Source: Thermoanaerobaculia bacterium (GTDB lineage Bacteria > Acidobacteriota > Thermoanaerobaculia > UBA5066). Taken from it: a DNA stretch of 21,044 nucleotides. Positions 1 to 7,027 of this stretch are shown in pieces (position 1 is the first letter of the stretch; each line of letters opens with the position of its first letter). The translations under genes and the position numbers were made by a program. Under the pieces are notes generated by a model, which saw only the letters and a program-made list of their open reading frames with translations, ran no database searches and was not told where the DNA came from. The stretch spans positions 1-21,044 of the forward strand of contig JBBRRY010000044.1 in assembly GCA_038245905.1 (NCBI GenBank). The letters run 5' to 3'.

Positions 1-540
1 CCACCCCACCCGGGCCGTAGAATCGCGCCGCGCTTCCCGTTCCGTCTGTGCTGCCCCCGCTGCCTGCGAGCCCGGCGAGCGTCGTCACTAAGCCTCCCGG
101 CGTTATCTTCCGGATCGTGTAGTTGGAGGTGTCGGCGACATAGACGTTCCCCCCGCCGTCCACTGCCACCCCATTCGGGTTATTGCCGAATCCCGCCACG
201 CTTCCTGTTCCGTCTGTGCTGCCCCCGCTGCCTGCGAGCCCGGCGAGCGTCGTCACTACGCCTCCCGGCGTTATCTTCCGGATCGTGTAGTTGTCGGCGA
301 CATAGACGTTCCCCCCGCCGTCCACTGCCACCCCACTCGGCCAAAAGAATCGCGCCGCGCTTCCTGTTCCGTCTGTGCTGCCCCCGCTGCCTGCGAGCCC
401 GGCGAGCGTCGTCACTACGCCTGCCGGCGTTATCTTCCGGATCGTGTAGTTCAAGGTGTCAGCGACATAGACGTTCCCCCCGCCGTCCACTGCCACCCCA
501 CTCGGCCAAAAGAATCGCGCCGCGCTTCCTGTTCCGTCAA
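1..540 (-). repeat. Near-identical intragenic tandem repeats with units of 165, 159 and 168 bp
   Basis: The anchor TCCGTC (Asp-Gly) recurs at 41, 209, 368 and 533. All unit lengths are multiples of 3. Confidence 0.95.
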
Positions 541-685
541 TTGCGCCCGGTGCAAGGCCGGCTAGCGTCGTGAACGTCATGGGCTGTGCCGACGCCGGTC
601 TGAGCCACCCAGCCGACATGCCCGCCACTAACGCGAGGCATGCCGCGGTGAACAAGCCTCTACCCGGTCTCCTCGATCCGTTCAT
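1..685 (-). CDS. NHL-repeat beta-propeller protein, secreted, N-terminal part (runs off the window start)
   Basis: Not in the ORF track. Manual translation from ATG 685 (GGAGG 6 nt upstream) gives MNGSRRPGRGLFTAACLALVAGMSAGWLRPASA|QPMTFTTLAG, then repeats of DGTGSAARF..P.GVAVDGGGNVYVADT.NYTIRKITP.GVVTTLAG. The frame is open to base 1. Confidence 0.9.
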   Translation of the reverse strand, partial: MNGSRRPGRGLFTAACLALVAGMSAGWLRPASAQPMTFTTLAGLAPGAIDGTGSAARFFWPSGVAVDGGGNVYVADTLNYTIRKITPAGVVTTLAGLAGSGGSTDGTGSAARFFWPSGVAVDGGGNVYVADNYTIRKITPGGVVTTLAGLAGSGGSTDGTGSVAGFGNNPNGVAVDGGGNVYVADTSNYTIRKITPGGLVTTLAGLAGSGGSTDGTGSAARFYGPGGV

Positions 686-786
686 CCATGTCCTCCCGGG
701 TCGGTAGATTTCCGACAGATCCTGCGACAACCTCAGCGACACACTTTGTCGGCGTACCTGGTGCGGGTCGACCGAAAGTCGTCCGT

Positions 787-816
787 TTGACATCGTGAGT
801 TGCCGTTCCTTAGTGT
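787..816 (+). promoter_or_regulatory. Putative sigma70 promoter facing the ssrA fragment
   Basis: TTGACA (787-792), 18-nt spacer, TAGTGT (811-816). Confidence 0.4.
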
Positions 817-1089
817 TCTCCGCAAGCGCGAGGCCAGAGGGCAACATTCCGCGTCATGCAGATGCATCACCCCGGCTAGATTCGAGCGGGTACTCTGGAG
901 CCATCACCGAGCTCGGTCTAGGTTCGAGAAACCGGTTCTTTTCCGATCGGGGGGTGGATAGCTCAGATAGCTAGAGGGCGTCGATCCGCCGATCTCTCGA
1001 GCTCCGGAAGAGGCGGGCGAACCGGTAGGGAGCGAAAGCCCGACCGCTACGAGAGCCCCCCTCACGGCGTCCTCGCCTTTCAGCACGGT

Positions 1090-1111
1090 AACCCGGACAC
1101 AACCCGGACAC
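1090..1111 (+). repeat. 11-bp tandem direct repeat, possible integrase arm-type binding sites
   Basis: AACCCGGACAC x2, about 55 bp before the ssrA 3' fragment. Confidence 0.55.
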
Positions 1112-1165
1112 AGGGGGATCACTGCGATGCTAAGTAGCGCCCACTGAAACGGATACGTTTGTGAC

Positions 1166-1195
1166 ACGGGGGTTCGACTCCCCCCGCCTCCACCA
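1166..1195 (+). ncRNA. ssrA: 3' fragment of tmRNA (T-arm plus acceptor 3' strand), probably an att-site copy
   Basis: GGGGG-TTCGACT-CCCCC-CGCCTCC-A-CCA, with U70 and discriminator A as in Ala-identity RNAs. No canonical tmRNA 5' end or tag ORF at the expected ~350 nt upstream. Confidence 0.7.
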
Positions 1196-1202
1196 CCCTC
1201 GA

Positions 1203-1228
1203 GGGGGGATCCGGAAACGGGTCCCCCC
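1203..1228 (+). terminator. GC-rich hairpin just after CCA
   Basis: GGGGGGATCCG-GAAA-CGGGTCCCCCC; the U-tract is weak. Confidence 0.55.
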
Positions 1229-1285
1229 CGGCCTTTCGGTCCAGCCGGTGGAAAATAGATCCTCGCCGGGGGCCGGGAATGTACC

Positions 1286-1315
1286 TTGATGCGGTATACC
1301 GCTGTGCGGTATAGT
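1286..1315 (+). promoter_or_regulatory. higBA promoter with overlapping palindromic operator
   Basis: TTGATG-N18-TATAGT. Palindrome GCGGTATACCGC (1291-1302) and inverted repeat TATACCGC-TGT-GCGGTATA (1295-1313). Confidence 0.75.
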
Positions 1316-1322
1316 CGTGTCG

Positions 1323-1613
1323 ATGGCTATCCAGGGCTTTGCGACGGTCGCCGTAGAGACCTTCTTTCGCCAGGGGCGACTCGGTTCGGGCGTGGGGTGG
1401 TCGGGCGTCGCAAAGATTGCGGCTCGAAAGCTCGACATGCTGGACTACGCCATCCGGCTGGCGGATCTCGCTTCGCCTCCCGGAAACCGGCTCGAGCCGT
1501 TGAAGGGGAACATGACGGGACTTCACAGCATCCGGGTCAACGATCAATGGAGAATCGTCTTTCGCTGGACATCATCAGGTCCAACAGACGTCGACGTACG
1601 GGACTACCACTGA
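1323..1613 (+). CDS. higB: HigB toxin (RelE/ParE superfamily, type II TA)
   Basis: PPGNRLEPLKG..SIRVNDQWRIVFRW..DYH motif; toxin lies upstream of the antitoxin. Confidence 0.92.
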   Translation: MAIQGFATVAVETFFRQGRLGSGVGWSGVAKIAARKLDMLDYAIRLADLASPPGNRLEPLKGNMTGLHSIRVNDQWRIVFRWTSSGPTDVDVRDYH

Positions 1614-1629
1614 GGGAGGAGGTATGACG

Positions 1630-1929
1630 ATGAGTGACCGACCGCGCCGCCGCAAGCCCACTTCGCCGGGGGAAATTCTCCGCGAGGAGTTCCTCGTTCC
1701 TCTCGGTCTGAGCCAGAAGACTCTGGCCAGCCACCTAGGGTGCGACGTCAAGGTTGTGAACCGAATCGTCAACGGCCGGTGCGCCGTCACGGCTGAGATG
1801 GCACTCAAGCTCGGAGCGGCATTCCGTACCTCGCCGGACTTCTGGATGAACGCGCAGAGGGCCATCGATCTCTACGAGGCCGCTGGGCAAGTTTCGAGCC
1901 TTCCGAGACCTCTCCTGAAGGCGAGCTGA
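1630..1929 (+). CDS. higA: HigA antitoxin (Xre HTH)
   Basis: PGEILREEFL..SQKTLA..VTAEMALKL..FWMNAQ. GGAGG lies 7 nt before ATG 1630 (alternative start 1624). Confidence 0.93.
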   Translation: MSDRPRRRKPTSPGEILREEFLVPLGLSQKTLASHLGCDVKVVNRIVNGRCAVTAEMALKLGAAFRTSPDFWMNAQRAIDLYEAAGQVSSLPRPLLKAS

Positions 1930-1953
1930 CCTCGCTCTGCGGGTTCGGAGCGA

Positions 1954-2166
1954 TCAAGAGGATCCGGCAAGCCACCGTAGTGCCTTCGCGACCGTCTTGT
2001 CGTCGACGTCGAGGTGAACAGCGATCCGACTGAGGCTCAGCCCCAGTAGGTTCAACCGCTCAGCTTCGCGGGCGATCTCCTGGTAACGAGGAGGCTTTCC
2101 TTCCACGAGCGCGAAGGAGATCGGCGTTTCGGAGACTGTTCGAATGCTTTGCGACCGTGTCCACCA
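1954..2166 (-). pseudogene. Start-less HTH-encoding reading frame beginning at a TGGTGGA core
   Basis: Manual translation: WWTRSQSIRTVSETPISFALVEGKPPRYQEIAREAERLNLLGLSLSRIAVHLDVDDKTVAKALRWLAGSS*. No in-frame ATG back to the stop at 2365-2367. Confidence 0.6.
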
Positions 2167-2185
2167 TTTTTCTCGACACCAGACT

Positions 2186-2225
2186 CCACGGGGCTCTATA
2201 AGCCAAAGGCTTACAGGGCTCCTGG
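2186..2225. other. Long imperfect hairpin following TCCACCA-TTTTT
   Basis: GGGGCTCTATAAGCC-AAA-GGCTTACAGGGCTCC. Confidence 0.55.
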
Positions 2226-2517
2226 GCGCTCCGTCAGTCCTGGACCCTTTTTCTGGCCTCTTCTCGGCCGGTATTCTCCCACCATGATCGGCCTGATTCG
2301 ACTCCTTCTCGGGTCGCTCGCCGCCGTAAGACTCCTGTCCAGATCTCGACGATTCGCCGCCGTGTCATGAAGACAGCAGGTGCCGCCGATCCCGAAGCGT
2401 TCAGCCGACGTCGTTCCATGGCTCCTCGGCCCGTCAGAAGGCGGTCGTTCCCCCCGCTTTCGACGACGATCCGATTTTGGCGATGAACAACGCCTCTCGG
2501 CGACGGGAAGGCGCCGC

Positions 2518-4353
2518 CTACCGAGAGGGCTTCGCAGATGCTGGCGCTGTCCTCGACGCCCAGTCGACCCGACCCGCGATCGCGAGCCAGTCGGTACCAC
2601 TGTCGACCGATTCGATCGTGAACGGAAGGTTCTCAGGCATCTGGAAGAGCGTGATGTCCGTGTAGCTCTTGGTCAGGAGCGGCCCGAGGAAGTTGACCAC
2701 CCACCCGACGACGCCCTTGCATTTCGGCGCGATCCGAACGTTGCGGAGGAGAAAGCTGCGGGTCTTCGCGTCCACGAAGAGGTCCGCCTTGCCTTCCGTG
2801 TCGCAGATCTGCCGGAAGAGACGTCCCTTCTTCTCCTTCTTCTCGACCGTCACGACGAGTTTGATCGCGAAGCAGGTTCCGCCGCAGGGGCCGAAGTGCC
2901 CGGGCTCGATCGCGAAATCGACCTTGCGCAGCGCCGGTGTCACGTCCTGGCTCCATTTGGCCTTCAACACCTCGAATGCGGCGCGCTCGATCGGCGGCCA
3001 CGGGACCTTGAACCGATACTCTCCCGTGACGGTGCCTTCCTCCCCGCTGCCCGCATCCTTCAGATGGAGCGTCGTCACGAACGGCCCTTCGAAGACGAGC
3101 GGAATCCGCCGGATCCCGATCACCTCGACGGGGTAGTGAACGAGCAGACCGTAGTCCATGCGGTACGTGAACTCGAGCTCCACGTCACCGGTCGCACGCC
3201 CGTTGGCGATTGCCGCCCCGCGCGTGGAGAGTTTCATGTCGCTCGCCGACACGACGGTCCCTCCGCGATCGATCGTGCCCACCTTTCCGACGAGAGTTGC
3301 GTCGACGATCCCGGAATATTCCCCGTCCGGCTGGACGGAGAGGTTCCGGACGGCGAAGCGGGATGGCTCCTCGACACCAACCAGCGGCCCTCCCGGCACG
3401 CGAACCTGCCCGGAGGTCAGGTCCAGACCGAGCGTGGCGGCGGAAAGCGACGTCTCGAGCTTTCCGCCGGCTCCCGACCGCAGCAGGAACGCGCCGCCTT
3501 TCAGCTCCCCGCGCGAGAAGGCGGTACGGCCCCCCACGAAGGCAGCTGAGCCGTTCTCGATCTCTCCCTCGATCCGGCCGGCGACATCGAACCGGGCGGG
3601 CCGCTCGCCTCGGGCCGGCTGGAAAACGCCGCTTTGGACCGCGATGCGCAGCGGCATGCCCGAGAGCGGTCGCGCGGCGGTCACGAACTCTAGAACCTCG
3701 CCGAAGCGGAGCGGCCGGCCGCCAAACGCGACCAGGTCGGAGTCGAAGATGCGAACCTCCGCGATGAGATTCAGGAACGGAGCCACGGACGAGTCCGACG
3801 TCTTCGGGCCCAGGACTTCGCCTCGCAGGATCGAGGGAATGTCGGTACGCAATTCGAGCTTGGAGATCGCGGACATCGCGAGGCCATGAAAGATTCCGAC
3901 GATCGGCCTCCAGATCCCGCGGCCGTGGAAATGGGCCTCCGTGATCCCCTTTCCCTCTTCGAATCGGAAGCTCTCGATGAAGACATCGGGACGCAGGCCC
4001 TTGCCGTCGGCGAGAAGCTGGCCCTGGGTGACGGCGAAGTCGAGGCGGCGGACTCGGCCCTGCGCCGCTTCGGCGACGAGCATCGCTTTTGGCGCCCCGA
4101 TCACTTCGATCGTCCAGCCAGGAGCTGCCGACGCGCGGCCAGCCTCCAATTCGATTTCGACGTTTAGCTTGGCGCTCTCCACGCATCCGGCGATTTGATC
4201 GAGCAAGGCCCCCGAGTCCGGAGCTATCGATGGCTCGGATGAGCGGAGCGTGGGCGCGGCAGAAACGGGCGACGCCACCGGTCCCTTGGCATGCTCGCAC
4301 GCCGTGACGAGGACCAAAACGACTATGGCGAGTCGGCCGCGTCGCATCGACAT
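2518..4353 (-). CDS. Hypothetical beta-rich lipoprotein
   Basis: Long ORF. MSMRRGRLAIVVLVLVTAC has a lipobox, so the start is placed at 4353 or 4347 rather than 4413. No family recognised. Confidence 0.75.
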   Translation of the reverse strand: MSMRRGRLAIVVLVLVTACEHAKGPVASPVSAAPTLRSSEPSIAPDSGALLDQIAGCVESAKLNVEIELEAGRASAAPGWTIEVIGAPKAMLVAEAAQGRVRRLDFAVTQGQLLADGKGLRPDVFIESFRFEEGKGITEAHFHGRGIWRPIVGIFHGLAMSAISKLELRTDIPSILRGEVLGPKTSDSSVAPFLNLIAEVRIFDSDLVAFGGRPLRFGEVLEFVTAARPLSGMPLRIAVQSGVFQPARGERPARFDVAGRIEGEIENGSAAFVGGRTAFSRGELKGGAFLLRSGAGGKLETSLSAATLGLDLTSGQVRVPGGPLVGVEEPSRFAVRNLSVQPDGEYSGIVDATLVGKVGTIDRGGTVVSASDMKLSTRGAAIANGRATGDVELEFTYRMDYGLLVHYPVEVIGIRRIPLVFEGPFVTTLHLKDAGSGEEGTVTGEYRFKVPWPPIERAAFEVLKAKWSQDVTPALRKVDFAIEPGHFGPCGGTCFAIKLVVTVEKKEKKGRLFRQICDTEGKADLFVDAKTRSFLLRNVRIAPKCKGVVGWVVNFLGPLLTKSYTDITLFQMPENLPFTIESVDSGTDWLAIAGRVDWASRTAPASAKPSR

Positions 4354-4527
4354 GGAACTCGAGAACTTCTCCCGAAAGGTCGGCGGCAAATGTCCATGAG
4401 GACTCTGAGACATAGCTTACAACGCGATCGAGTCGTTCCGCTCTTCAGGCGTGCGCCGGCCGGTACAATAACTCGTGGCGCTTCCTTTCCCAGACGGCAC
4501 GGGCATGCACGTAGACGAGCGAACAGC

Positions 4528-4585
4528 GCCTAACACCGCTGAAGCGGACTCGCTGCGCTAGCCGCTGAACGTGATAGCGTTACAG
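4528..4585 (+). mobile_element. Integron attC-like site 1 (degenerate)
   Basis: R'' GCCTAAC, inner arms GCTGAAGCGG..CCGCTGAAC, R' GTTACAG; 58 bp. Confidence 0.65.
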
Positions 4586-4591
4586 ACGATT

Positions 4592-4894
4592 ATGACACCC
4601 TCAGTGCTACTGGTTCTCTGCATTTCAAACGTAGGCGCTTCATCGCGGACGGAACAGGAATCGTTAGAGTTCACTCCGCACAATGGGTTCAGCGGTCATA
4701 GCGCGGGAAATGGCAAGCTCAGCCTGTTTTGGCGCACGCAGCGTCTTTTCCACGTTGACAGTCACGGATGCGAGCAGGCTAATGGCACCTTCCGCCTCGA
4801 CCATCGACAACGTGGGCACGCTCATCTTGCTAGGAATTCCACTAGGCCACCTTCACAAACCGATTGCATGGGGGGATTGCACAATCACCTCTAG
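4592..4894 (+). CDS. Gene-cassette-like hypothetical ORF, possibly truncated
   Basis: ATG 6 nt after attC1; the stop TAG lies inside the R'' box of attC2; hydrophobic N-terminus; lower GC than flanks. Confidence 0.5.
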   Translation: MTPSVLLVLCISNVGASSRTEQESLEFTPHNGFSGHSAGNGKLSLFWRTQRLFHVDSHGCEQANGTFRLDHRQRGHAHLARNSTRPPSQTDCMGGLHNHL

Positions 4895-4948
4895 CCATCC
4901 GTTGCAGCGGACGGCGCGACGCACCCCCGCTGAATCGGAGCGCTAGAC
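4889..4948 (+). mobile_element. Integron attC-like site 2 with AGC/GCT core
   Basis: CTCTAGC-CATCC-GTTGCAGCGGAC..CCGCTGAATC-GGAGC-GCTAGAC; 60 bp; one unpaired base in the L arm. Confidence 0.7.
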
Positions 4949-4983
4949 CTCACAAACAGCCGGTAGTAGCTCGCGAGAGGTCG

Positions 4984-5007
4984 CAGCCCTTACCGCAGCC
5001 GTTAGGC
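4984..5007 (+). mobile_element. 3' half of a third attC-like site
   Basis: CAGCCCTTACCGCAGCC-GTTAGGC ends in a perfect GTTRRRY core; no matching R'' was found. Confidence 0.45.
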
Positions 5008-5039
5008 TGCCAGGATCTCTCGACACACCCGGAGGCGAG

Positions 5040-6182
5040 ATGACCATCAACGCACTCGACGAACTGGCGGCCCTCATAATGCGGGAACGCAACGCCTTGC
5101 TCGAGCGCTGGCGGCAACAGGTGCGGCAACTTCCCTCGGCGCGGCATCTCGATATACCGACGCTCAACGACCACATTCCTAAACTTCTGGACGAACTGGC
5201 TGCTGCGCTTCAATCAGGGTCCGACGAGACGATTTCAAAGACGCTCAGCGACGGTAGTCCGCCGGCCCATGGTTTGCAGCGTGTCGAGGACGGCTTTGAT
5301 ATTGCGGAAGTCGTTGCAGAGTACAATATCCTGCGCGGCTGCCTTCACGATCTCGCCGATGGCAACAATTTGCGTTTGCAAGGGAGGCCCTTTCATATTC
5401 TCAACCGCGTTCTCGATGAGGCAATTGGGCTGGCCGTGCAGACCTTTGCCACGCAGCGAGCCCTGGCACTGCAGCGGCGCCGGGAAGAATATCTCGCCTT
5501 TGTAGCACACGACCTTCGGACGCCCTTGAATGCCATTTCCCTGTCTGCGAGCGTCTTTGAACTGACACTCCCGAAGCGAGACGCCAGCGCTAAAACCGTC
5601 CAGATGTTGAACATCCTGCGTCGCAACGTGCAGACTCTCGACGGGCTGATTTGCAAGGTGCTCGAAGAGAATACGAGCGTTCAAACAGAACTCGGGGTCA
5701 AGTTGCAGCGGCGCACACTCGACTTGTGGCCCCTCGTCGAGGCCCTCATTCAGGATCTCCATCCGATCGTCGGGGCTCCCAGCACCCAACTGCTCAACGA
5801 GGTGCCCGACGATTTGGTCGTCTATGCGGACGCCAGTCTGTTGAAGCGTGTTTTTCAGAACTTGATTGCCAATGCGATCAAGTACACGCCACGCGGAGAG
5901 GTTATCCTGTCGGCGCGGGATCTTGGCGCAGAATGTGTCGTGGAGTGTTCGGTCAGCGACAATGGTGCGGGCATCCCCGCAGAGCTTCTCGGAAAGATCT
6001 TCGACCAGGGAGCAACCGATCCGGAAGACGTGGTTGGAACTGGCTTGGGTCTCGCTATTGTAAAGACGTTCATTGAGGCTCATGGCGGAATGGTAGCCGT
6101 GGAAAGCAAGGAGGGGTTCGGCTCGACGTTTCGGTTTTCGCTGCCCACCAAGGCGAATGAGAGCGCCCTAGCAAAATGCTGA
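5040..6182 (+). CDS. Cytoplasmic sensor histidine kinase (RsbRD_N-like + HisKA + HATPase)
   Basis: AHGLQR..GFDIAEVVAEY; H-box VAHDLRTPL; N-box NLIANAIKY; G boxes DNGAGI and GTGLGL; GGAGG RBS. Confidence 0.92.
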   Translation: MTINALDELAALIMRERNALLERWRQQVRQLPSARHLDIPTLNDHIPKLLDELAAALQSGSDETISKTLSDGSPPAHGLQRVEDGFDIAEVVAEYNILRGCLHDLADGNNLRLQGRPFHILNRVLDEAIGLAVQTFATQRALALQRRREEYLAFVAHDLRTPLNAISLSASVFELTLPKRDASAKTVQMLNILRRNVQTLDGLICKVLEENTSVQTELGVKLQRRTLDLWPLVEALIQDLHPIVGAPSTQLLNEVPDDLVVYADASLLKRVFQNLIANAIKYTPRGEVILSARDLGAECVVECSVSDNGAGIPAELLGKIFDQGATDPEDVVGTGLGLAIVKTFIEAHGGMVAVESKEGFGSTFRFSLPTKANESALAKC

Positions 6183-6189
6183 GGCCGGC

Positions 6190-6575
6190 CGACGCCGCCA
6201 TTTCGGGCTCACCGTCTTAATGGCGGCTTACCTGCTGAGTTTCGGCGCGGCGGCGCTGGCGGTATGGCTTCTTCTCCCGGTCGTGAGCGCTCAGTTCGAG
6301 CAGCTCCTCGGCGAGGCCCCTGGCTATTTCGCCACGTCAACGCGACGCTCGCCGCATACGTCCGGTCGCAGCTCATCGCACGTCTGATCATCGGCGTAGC
6401 GTGCGCGATCGGCTTCTCCCTCATCGGAGTGCCCTACGCCCTCGTTCTCGGGATCCTCGCCGGCCTGCTCGAGTTTATTCCGCCGGCGGGGCCGCTCCCC
6501 ATCGGAATTGTCCCCGTCTCCTTTGCGGCATTTCACTCCGGGGGTCAGGCGGGCGCGACCTTCGTGTTTCTCGCG
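6190..6575 (+). pseudogene. AI-2E/PerM-family transporter remnant (two fragments, frameshift or internal deletion near 6330)
   Basis: Frame A: LMAAYLLSFGAAALAVWLLLPVVSAQFEQLLGEAPGYF. Frame B: LAAYVRSQL..IGVPYALVLGILAGLLEFIP..GP. Both termini are missing. Confidence 0.75.
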
Positions 6576-6617
6576 GCCGAGGCCGTCGCCGCGAGAGCCC
6601 ACCAGCCCACAACTGCC

Positions 6618-7004
6618 TCACGACTGCTCGCGCGGTATGCGAGACAGCACCTCTTTTACTGTCGCAAGAACTTTCGTCATTGGGGTGGACTTCGATATGT
6701 ATTCGCGCCCACCGATCTTTCCCTTTCCAGCTTCCACTTCATCCTCTTCTACCAGGGACGTAAGGAAGATTACCGGAATATGTTTGGTGCTCGCACTTCC
6801 GGACAGGTATCGGAACGCATTCCCTCCGTCAGGGGCTGGTATCATGACGTCAAGAAGGATCAGATTGGGCTGCTCCGAGACAGCCAACTCGAAAGCCGTG
6901 TGTGCGTTGGTAACCGTCAGGACCTCATAGCCCTCTCTCCTCAAAATGGCCGAATAGAGCGTCAGGACCCCTTCCTCATCGTCAACAAGCAAGATCTTGG
7001 TCAT
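6618..7004 (-). CDS. Single-domain response regulator (REC)
   Basis: KILLVDD, LILLDVMIP, IPVIFLT, YISK; GGAGGAG RBS before ATG 7004. Confidence 0.88.
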   Translation of the reverse strand: MTKILLVDDEEGVLTLYSAILRREGYEVLTVTNAHTAFELAVSEQPNLILLDVMIPAPDGGNAFRYLSGSASTKHIPVIFLTSLVEEDEVEAGKGKIGGREYISKSTPMTKVLATVKEVLSRIPREQS

Positions 7005-7027
7005 GTCTCCTCCTTCCACGGGCTATC

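Noticed and set aside
1-540. CRISPR array or DGR variable/template repeats
   Set aside because: Units are ~165 bp, in-frame and protein-coding; differences are not adenine-specific and include indels; no cas or reverse transcriptase gene is present.
1013-1065. c-di-GMP-I riboswitch (GGGCGAACC..GAAA..)
   Set aside because: Lacks the GACGCAAAGC junction and second stem, and there is no directly downstream gene.
835-1195. Complete canonical tmRNA gene
   Set aside because: No GGGGGCG..TCGAC 5' end ~350 nt upstream, and no tag frame ending in Ala-Ala-stop.
2138-2166. tRNA gene
   Set aside because: GTTCGAAT..CCA spacing is 5 nt too long and there is no T-stem; kept only as a possible att junction.
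6165-6260. Fourth attC after the histidine kinase (CCCTAGC; GCCGCCATT..AATGGCGGC)
   Set aside because: No R' core, and the sequence from ~6190 is better explained as AI-2E coding remnant.
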